Numbered from the stretch's first letter, positions 17,006-27,111 are shown. The stretch: 64,000 bases of DNA from Acidimicrobiales bacterium (GCA_020629635.1 JAHDCX010000006.1:92012-156011), one strand, 5' to 3'. Made by a program: numbers and translations. The notes: generated by a model from the letters alone, not told the origin.

Positions 17006-18181
17006 TCAGATTGCTGCAAGGAGGTCGACCGCACGGTCGACTTCGTCTTCGGTGTTGAAGTAGTGGGGTGCGGCCCGGACGACCGTGTCGATCCCGCGTC
17101 CGCCGAGATCGAACTGCGTGTTTCGTCGGCCCGGGACTGAGACCGCCAGTCCGGCGTTCCGGAGCCTGGCGCCGAGGTCTACGCTCGCCGTCCCGTCGAC
17201 GGTGAAGGTGACGGCCCCACCCTTCGGCCCGCCTTGGTCGAGCACGTCGATCCGGTCCAGGGTGGTGAGGCCGTCGCGTAGTCGGGCCGCAAGGAGTTGC
17301 GTCCGCGCGGAAATGGTGTCGATGCCGATGTCGAGCATGTAGCGCGTGGCGACGGCGAGTCCGACTCGTCCGGCGTGGAAGTGCTCCCCGTATTCGAAAC
17401 GCATCGCGCCGCCGAGGAGGTCGTAGTGGCGGCCGTCGTTCGACCACTCCGCAGAACGGCCATCGATGAACGGCTGCGCTCCGAGCTGTCCCAAGACGGT
17501 CGAGCGTGCGTAGAGGACGCCCGTGCTCCGTGGCCCGCGCATCCACTTGCGTCCGGTGTACACGAGAAAGTCGCAGCCAAGCTCGTCCACATCGAGGGGG
17601 AGTTGGCCGGCGGCCTGGCAGGAATCGAGCAGGTAGATGGCCGGATGGTCCGCGACGAGCCGGCCGACGTCGGCAGCCGGCTGGATTGCTCCGTTGGCCA
17701 TCGCGACGTGGGTCAATGACACGACCTTGACCCGCTCGTCGAGCTCGCTCGCCAACGCGTCGAGATCGATGAGGCCGTTCTCGGTGTTCGGGATGAGGGT
17801 CAGTTCGACGCCACGTTGTTCGGCTTGGAGGAACCCGAAGGCATTGGCTTGGTACTCGCTGCGACTCATCAGGATGCGATCGCCCGGCTCGAGACGAATC
17901 GCGCTGAACGCCCGCCACCACGCGTCCCCGGCGCCCGCGCAAAAGGCGACCTCATCGTTCTCGCAGCCGAGGTACTCGGCAGTGACGGGATAGATCGACT
18001 CGAGATCGCCGACACGATCTGCTTGGGCTTCGTAGCCGCCCGTCATCTGTTCGTGACGGAGGTAGTCGACGACCGCATCCACCACCGGGGTGGGCGGCAG
18101 CGAGGATCCGGCAGCGTTGAAATGGATGATGCGTTCTGTGCCCGGCGTGTCGGCGCGGATGGACTCGAGATCGAACGTCAT
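17006..18181 (-). CDS. Class-V aminotransferase / cysteine-desulfurase-like PLP enzyme
   Basis: IIHFNAAGSSLPP, VVSLTHVAMANG, FLVYTGRKWMRGP (PLP-Lys context) are typical of the class-V fold. Confidence 0.8.
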   Translation of the reverse strand: MTFDLESIRADTPGTERIIHFNAAGSSLPPTPVVDAVVDYLRHEQMTGGYEAQADRVGDLESIYPVTAEYLGCENDEVAFCAGAGDAWWRAFSAIRLEPGDRILMSRSEYQANAFGFLQAEQRGVELTLIPNTENGLIDLDALASELDERVKVVSLTHVAMANGAIQPAADVGRLVADHPAIYLLDSCQAAGQLPLDVDELGCDFLVYTGRKWMRGPRSTGVLYARSTVLGQLGAQPFIDGRSAEWSNDGRHYDLLGGAMRFEYGEHFHAGRVGLAVATRYMLDIGIDTISARTQLLAARLRDGLTTLDRIDVLDQGGPKGGAVTFTVDGTASVDLGARLRNAGLAVSVPGRRNTQFDLGGRGIDTVVRAAPHYFNTEDEVDRAVDLLAAI

Positions 18182-18203
18182 CCGTCGAGCCTAAGGTCGA
18201 TGG

Positions 18204-18653
18204 TCAGGCAGTTGTAGCGGCTCGTTCGAGATCGCCGAGAATGGACGCGATCGTCTTGGCGAACATCGGTCGTGCGAGCGGCGACAGGAATCCGACCTTT
18301 GCGATTCGGTAGGTGCCATCCACCCGGACCTCGGTGTGCTCGGGCCCGGTCTCGCTGAGGGTGAAGGTGAGGACTGCTCCGGGGTCCATCGGCATCGACG
18401 TGTCGTCGATCACGAGCTCGAAGCGTTCAGGCGCCTCCCAGACGGTCACTCGTTCGAGCATGAATCCGTCCCTTTCGAGCGTGCACCGGCGGGTGGTGCC
18501 AACGCCCTCCGTCTGGTCGGTGACGTACATCGATTCGATCACGCCCGGCGAGATCTGGTCGATCTCGCCGAATCGAACGGCGAGCTCGTGCCAGACACGG
18601 GTGCGAGGTGCGGGGATCGTGGACGTGTGGTCGACCGGATACTGCTTGGGCAT
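18204..18653 (-). CDS. SRPBCC (START/polyketide-cyclase-like) family protein
   Basis: 149 aa. RVWHELAVRFGEID...VWEAPERFELVI...TEVRVDGTYR pattern. Confidence 0.7.
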   Translation of the reverse strand: MPKQYPVDHTSTIPAPRTRVWHELAVRFGEIDQISPGVIESMYVTDQTEGVGTTRRCTLERDGFMLERVTVWEAPERFELVIDDTSMPMDPGAVLTFTLSETGPEHTEVRVDGTYRIAKVGFLSPLARPMFAKTIASILGDLERAATTA

Positions 18654-18731
18654 CGAGACTCCTGAAGTTCGTTGACGCCAGCACGTCGAACGCGTATCGA
18701 TGATTTCGACAACCGCGGGAGTGATTCGCCG

Positions 18732-19970
18732 TCAGCTTCCGGTGACGGCGGTGTGCACGAGTTCCTCGATCTGGGTCTTGAGCGCCTGGCCGGTCGACGA
18801 CTCTTCTTCGATCACGAGATAGGCGCCGTACCCGTCGTCGAGGTCGAGCCACGGCACCGTGCCCCATGCGCCGCCGTCGCTGATTCGCCCCGTGTCACGG
18901 TCGACCCACCAGCCCATGCCGTACCCGGTGTCTGCGCTACCGGCGTCGCCGCCGTAGACGTCCGCGACGCGGTCGGCGTGCATCGTGTCGAGCGATTCTT
19001 GGGAGAGCACCTGGGCATCACCGCATGCGCCGCCGCGGAGGTGCATCAGGAGAAGCTCCCCGTAGTCGAGTGCGGTGATGTGCGCGCCCCCCTCGATCGT
19101 TGGGTTGGCGGAGACTGCGACCGAATTGGGGTCGCCGCCGAACACGCTCGGGTAGCCAGAGACGCTGACGACTGAGCCGAGGTTGATGTAGCCCAGCGAG
19201 TCGACGCCACACGGTTGCACGTAGATCTCGTCGATCAGTTGTGCCCAGGTCTTCCCGGAGACGGACTCGGCGACTGCTCCGGCCACCTGCCATTGAGCCC
19301 CGCCGTATCGGAACTCGGTATCGGGCGTGATCTGGTCCGCGTCGTCGTCGGTGCTGGTGAACACCGCCGTCGCGCAGGCGTCGAGCGATTCGTTCGGACC
19401 CCATTGGCAGATGTAGGGGCCGTAGAGAAGGTTCGGGCCGAGCCCGACGAGGCCCGATGAGTTGGATACGAGTTGCGCAGGGGTGATCTCTGGGTTGCCT
19501 GTTGCCCAGTCGACTTGGTCGGCGATCGGTGCGTCGATGTCGAGCAGTCCCTCTTCTTGCAGTTTGAGCAGGACGCCAGCGGAGATCATCTTCGACGAGG
19601 ACGCGATCAGGCTGATCCGATCCGCGCTGAACTCGCCGAAATACTCCTCGTAGATGACCCCGTCTTCACGGTCGACCACAACGAGCGCGGCGCCGTTGAG
19701 CTCCCGCTCGGTCACGAACCCGTCGATCGCTGCGGTCACGTCGCCAAACGCATCGGTCGATTCGGCTTCCGGGGCTTCGGTGGATTCAGGCGCCTCGGTC
19801 GTGGTCGTGTCGGCTTCGGCAGCGGTCGTCGTCGTGGTCGCCTCCTCGACTGCAGCGGTCGTCGTCGTGGTCGGGACATCTGCGGTCTCGCTCGAGCTCG
19901 AGCACGCGCTCGCAAGCAGGGCGAGGAGTGCACACAGGGAAACGAGTCGGGCCAGGCGACGGTTCGTCAT
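18732..19970 (-). CDS. Secreted serine hydrolase, beta-lactamase/PBP-like lipoprotein
   Basis: Signal peptide + lipobox (LLASAC). Thr-rich linker. SxxK motif (ASSSKMISAGVLL). Confidence 0.8.
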   Translation of the reverse strand: MTNRRLARLVSLCALLALLASACSSSSETADVPTTTTTAAVEEATTTTTAAEADTTTTEAPESTEAPEAESTDAFGDVTAAIDGFVTERELNGAALVVVDREDGVIYEEYFGEFSADRISLIASSSKMISAGVLLKLQEEGLLDIDAPIADQVDWATGNPEITPAQLVSNSSGLVGLGPNLLYGPYICQWGPNESLDACATAVFTSTDDDADQITPDTEFRYGGAQWQVAGAVAESVSGKTWAQLIDEIYVQPCGVDSLGYINLGSVVSVSGYPSVFGGDPNSVAVSANPTIEGGAHITALDYGELLLMHLRGGACGDAQVLSQESLDTMHADRVADVYGGDAGSADTGYGMGWWVDRDTGRISDGGAWGTVPWLDLDDGYGAYLVIEEESSTGQALKTQIEELVHTAVTGS

Positions 19971-19993
19971 GGACCCGAAGCTACTCTGGATTC

Positions 19994-20344
19994 ATGTCGG
20001 ACTCCGTCGAGATCAGCGCCGATGCCGCCGAAAGCGGCAAGGTCCTCCCATTTCGGACGCGCCGTGCAACCGACAGACCAAAGGTCCGTGACGTACTTGG
20101 CGACGTTCTGAGAGACGAGCGCATCAGCCAGGGTCGGACACTTGCTGATGTCGCGGAGGACGCGTCGGTCTCGCTGCCATACCTGAGCGAGATCGAGCGT
20201 GGCCGCAAAGAGGTGTCGTCGGATCTGCTCGAGTCGGTGTGCGATGCGCTCGAGATCGACGTGGCAACGGTGTTCGAACGAACTGCGGATCGGCTACGGG
20301 CGAACGGGTTCGCCTCCCGTGGGCCGCAGCTGCTGGCTGCCTGA
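19994..20344 (+). CDS. XRE-family HTH regulator, ClgR-like
   Basis: Start ATG 19994 (MSDSVEI). HTH region ISQGRTLADVAEDASVSLPYLSEIERGRK. Ends in ...QLLAA, an Ala-Ala C-terminus as described for ClgR. Adjacent to clpP genes. Confidence 0.7.
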   Translation: MSDSVEISADAAESGKVLPFRTRRATDRPKVRDVLGDVLRDERISQGRTLADVAEDASVSLPYLSEIERGRKEVSSDLLESVCDALEIDVATVFERTADRLRANGFASRGPQLLAA

Positions 20345-20947
20345 TCCGGAGCGGATGTCCTCCACGCTGGTGAGGACGTCGTCGATCACCCCGTAGGCGA
20401 CGGCATCGTCGGCCCGGAGGGCGAGCGCACGATCGGTGTCTCGGCGAACCTCGTCGGGGGCCTTGCGGAGGTGATGTGCGAGCAATGCTTCACCCTCTTC
20501 GCGCACCCGGGCGAGCTCGGCGGCTTCGAGCGCGAGGTCGCTGATCGAACCTCGGCTGAGGTCGGCGTGCGGCTGGTGCAGGAGCACCCGGGCATGGGGG
20601 AGCGCGGCGCGTTTGCCGGGCGTGCCCGCCGCCAGAAGGATGGCCGCGGTCGACGCGGCCTGTCCGATGCAGAGGGTTGCGATGTCGGGGGCAACGAATC
20701 GCATCGTGTCGTAGATCGCCAACGCGGCGCTGAACGACCCTCCGGGGGAGTTGATGTAGAGCGAGATGTCCGACTCGGACTCCGAGGCCAAGTGCAGGAT
20801 CTGTGCGACGACGACATTCGCGACCCCGTCGTCGATCGGTGTTCCGACGAAGACGATGCGTTCGGACAGAAGCCGGCTGTAGATGTCGGAGACGCGTTCG
20901 CCCTTTGGCGTGCGTTCGATCACGGTCGGGATCGTGTAGCTGCTCAT
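20294..20947 (-). CDS. clpP: ATP-dependent Clp protease proteolytic subunit (downstream paralog, ClpP2-like)
   Basis: Start ATG 20947 (MSSYTIPTV). INSPGG, GQAAS (Ser), LLHQP (His). ATGA overlap with the upstream clpP. The 3' end overlaps the convergent clgR-like gene by 51 nt. Confidence 0.9.
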   Translation of the reverse strand: MSSYTIPTVIERTPKGERVSDIYSRLLSERIVFVGTPIDDGVANVVVAQILHLASESESDISLYINSPGGSFSAALAIYDTMRFVAPDIATLCIGQAASTAAILLAAGTPGKRAALPHARVLLHQPHADLSRGSISDLALEAAELARVREEGEALLAHHLRKAPDEVRRDTDRALALRADDAVAYGVIDDVLTSVEDIRSGSGSQQLRPTGGEPVRP

Positions 20948-21552
20948 GCCTCGACTCCTGTCGCAGCCATACCGACCCGCCGAAGCGGCCGTTGAGGGAC
21001 GATCGCGTCGATCGTGTCGACGATGTGGTCGACGAAGCCGTAGTCGAGCGCCTGTTTCGCATCGAACCAACGATCTCGGCCGACGTCGTCGATGACCTCA
21101 TCGAGGGTGTGGCCGGTGTGGCGGGCGATGATGCCACGCAGTCGATCGAGCGTGGCCATCAAATTGGCTGCCTGGATCTCGACGTCTGCTGCCGAGCCGC
21201 CGAGCCCGGCCGACCCTTCGTGCATGACGATCTGGGCGTTCGGGAGGGCAAAGCGCTTACCGGGTGTGCCTGCACAGAGCAGCACTTGCCCCATGCTCGC
21301 CGCAAAACCGACCGCCACGGTGGCAACGTCGTTCGGGATCAACTGCATCGTGTCGTAGACGGCGAGCCCGGCCATGACCGACCCGCCGGGCGAGTTGATG
21401 AACAGGCAGATGTCGCTCTCGGGATCTTCAGCGGACAGGGTCAGCAGCTGACAGACGAGTCGGTTGGCGGATTCGTCGGAGACGTCTTCGCCGAGGAACA
21501 GCACGCGACGCTCGAACAGGCGTTGAAGCGGATCAGTGGGGGAGGTGGTCAT
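20944..21552 (-). CDS. clpP: ATP-dependent Clp protease proteolytic subunit (upstream paralog, ClpP1-like)
   Basis: Start ATG 21552 (MTTSPTDPL). INSPGGSV, GFAASMGQ, VMHEGS. Confidence 0.9.
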   Translation of the reverse strand: MTTSPTDPLQRLFERRVLFLGEDVSDESANRLVCQLLTLSAEDPESDICLFINSPGGSVMAGLAVYDTMQLIPNDVATVAVGFAASMGQVLLCAGTPGKRFALPNAQIVMHEGSAGLGGSAADVEIQAANLMATLDRLRGIIARHTGHTLDEVIDDVGRDRWFDAKQALDYGFVDHIVDTIDAIVPQRPLRRVGMAATGVEA

Positions 21553-21557
21553 GAACC

Positions 21558-21624
21558 GATTCTGCGAGTGGAGCGCCCTTCGCGGACGCCGTTCTGCCAG
21601 AGGCAGAACGGCCGGGCGTTCTGC
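21558..21624. promoter_or_regulatory. Cluster of TTCTGC/GCAGAA half-sites including the 19-bp palindrome GTTCTGCC-AGA-GGCAGAAC (21591-21609); candidate ClgR operator upstream of clpP1P2
   Basis: Lies 6-72 nt upstream of the clpP start at 21552. Additional TTCTGC copies at 21560-21565 and 21619-21624. Confidence 0.45.
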
Positions 21625-21685
21625 GAAAACCACGTACAGGCGTGCAGTCGTGCCCGTTTGGGCGTGGTATTCCTGCGTGGTATTC

Positions 21686-22487
21686 CTACCGGCCGATCCG
21701 CGTTTCCGAGTTGAGCCCAAGCAGGTCAGCCCTCGCACTGGCGGTCCTGACGAAACTCTCGACGAAGTCCCCCGGATCGGCAAGCTGACTCCACGTCACA
21801 TACAGGATCTGCCAGCCCTCGCTGGTGAGGTGGAGCTCGCGCACGTTGTCGGCGTTGGCTGCGATCGGCCCCCAGTGGAAGGTGCGACTGTGGGCCTCGA
21901 CGCCGAGCTTGAGGCTCGGGCAGGCAAGATCCAGCCGGAACCGTCCGCCCGCCGTGTCGACCTGGTGTTGGGTGACGATGCGCGGGAGCTGAGGGGTCGC
22001 CAAGAGCGATGCAAGGACGGTCTCAAACCAGCTATCGGTGACGCGAGCCGTGCGATGTGGTGCGCCGATCAGCGATCGCAGGCGGGCGACGCCGCCCGGC
22101 TTGCGGCTCCCGAGTCGAAGCATCGTTTCCTGAAGCCAACGTTCGGACTCGCGTCGCAGGAACTCGTCGAGGCATCGCTCCAGCGTCGCCCCATCCACGT
22201 GGGGCCCGAGTGAGCACAGAGTCGCTGCTCGATTCAACGTCGGAACGCCGTCGATCGTCGTGACGTCGAGCGTCGGGTCGATCCGCTGCCAGCGGCGCAT
22301 CGTGGCAACCGGGTGCTTCCTGCTGCGGTGGTCTGAGGTCCAGAGCTGCGGTCGCGTCGGACGTTCCGGGACCCAGCCATGCAGCCATGCTGCGGAGGTC
22401 GTGGTCAGCGGCCTCATGGGTGGTGAAGGCATTGTGTCGAGAGGCCGCGAGCTCGACGAGTGCCCGAAGGCGGTCGTCGTATCGCAT
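21686..22487 (-). pseudogene. Degenerate DUF559 (Vsr-like endonuclease-fold) protein with frame-split N-terminus
   Basis: C-terminal ORF 21686..22432 has the DUF559 pattern (RFRLDLACPSLKLGVEAHSRTFHW...ELHLTSEGWQILYVTW). The expected AbiEi-like HTH N-terminus (MRYDDRLRALVELAASRHNAFTTHEAA) is in another frame from 22487. Confidence 0.5.
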
Positions 22488-22539
22488 CCAACGAAACGTA
22501 GGTCAAGGGTCTGACACCGGGCCGGCCTGCCCGACCTCG

Positions 22540-23238
22540 CTAGTGGTCCTGGGCGAGGGGAGCGGCGAGGCGGGAGGTGACCGCGTCACGAATCTGCGTG
22601 TCGAAGCCCTGCACGTGGGTCTCGACCAGTCCGGCCACCGCGTCGCCGTCTTCGTCGCGAAGCGCGGCGAGGATGGCCTGGTGTTCGTCGACGGCGTGGC
22701 CCATGTCGGCAACATCGGCGAGATAGAGGTGCCACAGTCGGTCGGACTGGGCGTACAGCATGTCGAGCGTGTCCCACAGGAACCGATTGCCGGACGCGGC
22801 CCAGATGATCTCGTGGCAGCGGCGATCAAGGGCGAGCTGATCCTCGTCGTCGAGTTTCGGGTCTTCGGTTCTCGCGAGGGTGGCCTCCATGTCGTCCCAT
22901 TGCGACGGGGTCCCGCGGACGGCCGCAAGACGGGCGGCGTACGGCTCGAGGACAGTCCGGGTCTCGAACAGCATCGACAGCTCGTCGACTTCGATTCCGG
23001 AGACGAACATGCCGCGACGGGGGATCACGGTGACGAAGTGCTCGCGCTGCAGACGCAGCAGGGCCTCACGGATCGGCGTCCGGCCGAGACCAAGTGAGGC
23101 TCGGAGCTCGTCTTCTTTGAGGACGTCGCCGGGCGCGAAGTCGAGACGCACGATCTTCGACCGCAGGGCGCGATACGCCTCGTCGGCGAGCGACTCCGGC
23201 TCGTGACCGGTGAGGGGCGGGAGCTCGAGAGTGCTCAT
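22540..23238 (-). CDS. GntR/FadR-family transcriptional regulator
   Basis: Start ATG 23238 (MSTLELPP). wHTH EDELRASLGLGRTPIREALLRLQREHFV plus an FCD-type helical C-domain. Confidence 0.85.
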   Translation of the reverse strand: MSTLELPPLTGHEPESLADEAYRALRSKIVRLDFAPGDVLKEDELRASLGLGRTPIREALLRLQREHFVTVIPRRGMFVSGIEVDELSMLFETRTVLEPYAARLAAVRGTPSQWDDMEATLARTEDPKLDDEDQLALDRRCHEIIWAASGNRFLWDTLDMLYAQSDRLWHLYLADVADMGHAVDEHQAILAALRDEDGDAVAGLVETHVQGFDTQIRDAVTSRLAAPLAQDH

Positions 23239-23255
23239 CGCCACAAAGGATACGG

Positions 23256-23279
23256 GCTGATATATCAGCCGTCTATCAG
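23256..23279. promoter_or_regulatory. GntR-type operator box copy 1: GCTGATATATCAGCCGTCTATCAG
   Basis: Lies 18 nt upstream of the gntR start, in the divergent region with the M16-like gene. 22/24 identical to the boxes at 27162-27185 (reverse) and 35223-35246. Confidence 0.6.
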
Positions 23280-23376
23280 GCGTCTGGAGTTGTTGGGCAC
23301 GCGAATCACGCACCGTCGACATGGAAACGGGCCGTGCGGCCCTCAAGCGGGGGAGACCCGATCCGAATTCACGAGT

Positions 23377-24897
23377 ATGGCGAGCGAACCCGTGAAGAGC
23401 GGCACGATCGACGGGGTTCCGGTCTTCTGGGTGCCCGATGACGGCCCGACCGACGTCGGCATGGTGTTTCGGGGCGGGATGGTCCACGAACGATTCCCAC
23501 AGCGAGGCCTGACCCACCTCGTCGAGCACCTCTCACTCCACAGCGTCGATCGCGAGCTTTCGTTCAACGGCGCCGTCGATCTGACGAACACGACGCTGCT
23601 GTGCCGCGGGACTCCGGACGAAGCCGCGCAGTTCGTCCGCGAGGTGACCGCATCGCTCGCGAACCTTCCGTTCGCCCGTCTGGACTCGGAGGTGAAGGTC
23701 CTTCGAGCGGAGGCAAACCAACGATCGACCAGCACGGGCATGGTCGCGATGAACGTCATGTACGGAGCGGCCGGACCTGGAGGAGTCTTGCTCCCGGAGG
23801 CCGGATTGTGGGTGACGGCGCCCGAGACGGTCGACGCCTGGCGCCGACGGATGTTCACCCGCCACAACGTCGCAGTGTTCGGGTCGGGCCCGATGCCCGC
23901 GGATCTTTCCTTCGACCAGCTGCCCGACGGCGATCCGATTCCGCCAGTCGTCGCCGAGCGGATCATTCCGGCCGGCACTCAGTTGTTCTCGCTCAATATG
24001 GAAGGGGTGGCGGCCTTTGCCGAGATGCCGCGTGGACCGGAGACGTCGGTCGCATGCCTCGTTGCCCACGAACGCCTCACCGAGGTCCTTCGCGAGGAGA
24101 AAGCGATCTCCTACGGCGTGATCGTCGACATGGCCGAGATCAACGACACCCACGTGTGGGTGCAAGTTTCGGCCGACGCCACCGCGGAGGACTCTGAGGC
24201 TGCCTTCGAGTGCATGCGGGTCGAATTGCGCAAGCTTGCGACCGAGGGTCCCACGCAGGACGAGATCGACGCCGTCCTTCGGAAGATGGCTCGTGGTCTC
24301 GAGCACACCGACGTCGGGACCGCGATCGGCATGGCGCGAACGCACCTCGCCGGCCGGCCGCTCTCGAGCAACCAACAGTGGCTCGAGAAGTGCCGCGCCG
24401 TCACGGCCTCACAGATCGCCGAACGATGGTCGGCCTTCGACTCGTCCGCGCTGTGGCTCGTTCCGCTCGTCGAGGTCCGGGATCGGCGGCTCCAATGGGT
24501 CGAACGATTCTCGACGTCGCGTGCGACCGGTCCCGGTGTGGAGGCGATCTACTTCGACGAGACGTTGTTCGTCGATGACGAACGCCTGACGGTGATCATC
24601 CCCGAGGACAAGGCGCTGACCGTTTCGGTCGACTCGTTGGCCGGGGTGACGGCCTTTCTCGATGGCGGGTACCAGTTCTTCGGTGGTGACGGCTTCAACG
24701 TCACGATCCTGCCAACGGACTTCCCCGGCATGGAGGCGAAGGTTGCGGAGTTCGTCGCTCGGGTGCCCGCAGATCTGATTCGGCCGATCGATCGCCCGCT
24801 CCGAACACCCGAGCAGGCCGCGCAGATGACCCCGAAACCCAAGAAGACGTTGCGCGGACGTCTCCGCGAGCGCATCAACGCCGCCGGCGCAGCTTGA
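23377..24897 (+). CDS. M16 (insulinase/pitrilysin)-like zinc peptidase family protein
   Basis: Start ATG 23377 (MASEPVKS). Inverted zinc motif HLVEH (HxxEH). Two-lobed length. Confidence 0.65.
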   Translation: MASEPVKSGTIDGVPVFWVPDDGPTDVGMVFRGGMVHERFPQRGLTHLVEHLSLHSVDRELSFNGAVDLTNTTLLCRGTPDEAAQFVREVTASLANLPFARLDSEVKVLRAEANQRSTSTGMVAMNVMYGAAGPGGVLLPEAGLWVTAPETVDAWRRRMFTRHNVAVFGSGPMPADLSFDQLPDGDPIPPVVAERIIPAGTQLFSLNMEGVAAFAEMPRGPETSVACLVAHERLTEVLREEKAISYGVIVDMAEINDTHVWVQVSADATAEDSEAAFECMRVELRKLATEGPTQDEIDAVLRKMARGLEHTDVGTAIGMARTHLAGRPLSSNQQWLEKCRAVTASQIAERWSAFDSSALWLVPLVEVRDRRLQWVERFSTSRATGPGVEAIYFDETLFVDDERLTVIIPEDKALTVSVDSLAGVTAFLDGGYQFFGGDGFNVTILPTDFPGMEAKVAEFVARVPADLIRPIDRPLRTPEQAAQMTPKPKKTLRGRLRERINAAGAA

Positions 24898-24914
24898 GCC
24901 TGAAGGAGAACGAG

Positions 24915-25904
24915 ATGCCATTCCTGACCCGCCGAGCCAAGTCCACGCAGATGGCCGAACCCGATCCCGATGGGGTTCTCACGGCACCGACAGCCGACCA
25001 GGCGCTCGGCCACATCGACGCGATGAACTTTGGTGCGGCCCTCGTCGGCCGCGAGTGGCACATCGCCGAACAGATTTGGGCGCAGCAATCCCACGACGAA
25101 GATCGGTCGAATCTGATCAGTACGGCGACGCAGATGGGAGGGAGCCCTGATTACCTCACGCCGTGGGTCGAGTCGTCGAACGATCCGTTCCTGCCGCTGC
25201 TGGTGCGGGGTGCGTCGTCGATCACTTGGGCGTGGAACGCTCGCTCTGGACACCGGGCGAATCGTGTCACGCAGGAGATGTTCGACGAGTTCTTCCGCCG
25301 GCTGAACATCGCCGAAGCCGACCTGGTTGCCGCCGCCGGCGCCGGACCGGACAGTCCGCTGCCATGGGCGCACCTGGTCACATCGGCTCGGGGTCTGCAG
25401 ATTCCCAAAGAGGAAGCCCTTCAGCGCTTCGAAAACTCGCTGGCGCGCGGGCCGGTATACGGCGCGCACAAGCAGTATCTCCAGTTCGTCTGCAAGAAGT
25501 GGTTCGGCAGCCACGACGACATGTGGGAATTCACCGAGGCAATCTCGTCGCTGGCTCCGGATGGGTCGCCGATGCAAGGACTCGTACCGATCGCGCTGAT
25601 GGAGCACTGGATCAGCGGCGACGTGGAGGCGGAGAGCTTCGAGGCCTTCGTCCACCAGATCGGCAAGTACGAATTGCTGTCCACCGCTGCGCATCGCTCG
25701 TATGGGCATCCGGCCTTCCCGGTTCCGCGTTCGGACGCGGCATCGTCAATGTCGGCGTTCGTCGCCGTGTTCGTTGCGATGCGTAACTGGCCGGCAGCGA
25801 AGGCGTTGGTCCCGATGTTGGGGAGTCGATTCGACGACTTTCCCCTCGTCTATTTCAGCGACGCCAAATGGCCCGACCTGAGCGCCAGCATCATGCGCAA
25901 GTGA
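24915..25904 (+). CDS. Hypothetical protein (helical, possibly DUF4034-like)
   Basis: ATG 24915 is preceded by AAGGAG with 6-nt spacing. No recognisable catalytic motif. Confidence 0.5.
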   Translation: MPFLTRRAKSTQMAEPDPDGVLTAPTADQALGHIDAMNFGAALVGREWHIAEQIWAQQSHDEDRSNLISTATQMGGSPDYLTPWVESSNDPFLPLLVRGASSITWAWNARSGHRANRVTQEMFDEFFRRLNIAEADLVAAAGAGPDSPLPWAHLVTSARGLQIPKEEALQRFENSLARGPVYGAHKQYLQFVCKKWFGSHDDMWEFTEAISSLAPDGSPMQGLVPIALMEHWISGDVEAESFEAFVHQIGKYELLSTAAHRSYGHPAFPVPRSDAASSMSAFVAVFVAMRNWPAAKALVPMLGSRFDDFPLVYFSDAKWPDLSASIMRK

Positions 25905-25926
25905 CCGACCGGACCGCTAGACCGGG

Positions 25927-27111
25927 GTGATGGTCACTCGTCGAGAAGTTCTACGGGTTGCGGCGGTGCTGGGGCTCGGCTCCTCGGTCGGCGCGTGTGG
26001 TTGGTTGAGCGACGATCGTGCGTCGGAGGGCACAAGCGACGCGCGTGTCGTCGTGGTTGGGGCGGGAGCGGCGGGGATGTCGGCTGCGTACCTGCTCGCA
26101 CGTCTCGGCGTCGACGTCGCGGTCCTCGAGGCTGCACCGCAGGTCGGCGGGCGAATCAAGACGGCGCGTAACTTCGTCGACTTTCCGATCCCGCTCGGGG
26201 GCGAGTGGATCCACGTGGACGCGGACGTGCTCGACCGAATCGTCGACGATCCGACCGTCGAGATCACGACCGAGGTGGTCGGCTACGGGGACGAGGACGA
26301 AACCTGGCTCTGGGACGGTGCAGAGCTCTCAAACCTCGGACCAAGTGGCGACACCGATCTGAAAATCGTCGGCGACACGTGGCTCACCTTCTTCGAGCAA
26401 TACGTCCTGCCGTCGATCGACAGCCGGATCCAGGTCGGGACTCCGGTGCAATCGATCGAACGTACCGACGACGCAGTGGTGATCACCGACGCCACGGGCA
26501 CAGCCCATGAGGCGGATGCGGTGGTGGTCACGGTGCCGATCCAGGTCATCAAGGACCGAGACATCAGCTTCATGCCGCCGCTGAGCAGCGAGAAGCTGGA
26601 GGCGTTCGATGCGGCCCGGGTGTGGACCGGCATGAAGGTGTTCATCGAGTTCGAGCAGAAGTTCTGGCCGTCCTCGGTGGTGATCGAAGGGTCGGACTCC
26701 GACGCCGGGCAAAAGCTCTGGTACGACGCGAGTCACGGCCAAGACAGCGGCCGTTACGTGCTCGGCCTGTTCACGGTCGGGGACCAGTCGATCCCGTACC
26801 AACAGCAATCCGGCGACGGCCTTCGGGACTTCGTGCTCGCCGAGCTCGACGAGATGTCCGACGGAGTCGCCACCCCCGCCTACGTCCAGCACCTTGCCCA
26901 GAACTGGGCGGAGGAGCCGTTCATCCGACAGGCGTACTTCGCCGACTCCGGCGACTGGCAATTGCCCTCGCGGATGCGTCAGCCGGTTGGCGACCAGATC
27001 TTCTTTGCGGGCGACGCCTACACCGATGGCAGCGACTGGAGTTCGGTCCACACGGCGGCACAATCCGCTCGCGAGGCCGTTGAGCTCATGGTGGATGCTG
27101 GCGTCGTGTGA
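25927..27111 (+). CDS. FAD-dependent amine oxidase family lipoprotein (Tat-type signal)
   Basis: TRREVLRVAAVLGLGSSVGAC (twin-Arg + lipobox). Dinucleotide fold VVVVGAGAAGMSAAYLL...VLEA..QVGGRI. Confidence 0.8.
   Translation: MMVTRREVLRVAAVLGLGSSVGACGWLSDDRASEGTSDARVVVVGAGAAGMSAAYLLARLGVDVAVLEAAPQVGGRIKTARNFVDFPIPLGGEWIHVDADVLDRIVDDPTVEITTEVVGYGDEDETWLWDGAELSNLGPSGDTDLKIVGDTWLTFFEQYVLPSIDSRIQVGTPVQSIERTDDAVVITDATGTAHEADAVVVTVPIQVIKDRDISFMPPLSSEKLEAFDAARVWTGMKVFIEFEQKFWPSSVVIEGSDSDAGQKLWYDASHGQDSGRYVLGLFTVGDQSIPYQQQSGDGLRDFVLAELDEMSDGVATPAYVQHLAQNWAEEPFIRQAYFADSGDWQLPSRMRQPVGDQIFFAGDAYTDGSDWSSVHTAAQSAREAVELMVDAGVV

Noticed and set aside
22375-22390. 8-bp tandem duplication AGCCATGC-AGCCATGC, considered as the cause of the frame split in the DUF559 gene
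   Set aside because: Deleting one copy in silico joins the N-terminal frame to the third frame, which quickly hits a stop, not to the DUF559 frame. The duplication alone therefore does not explain the disruption.
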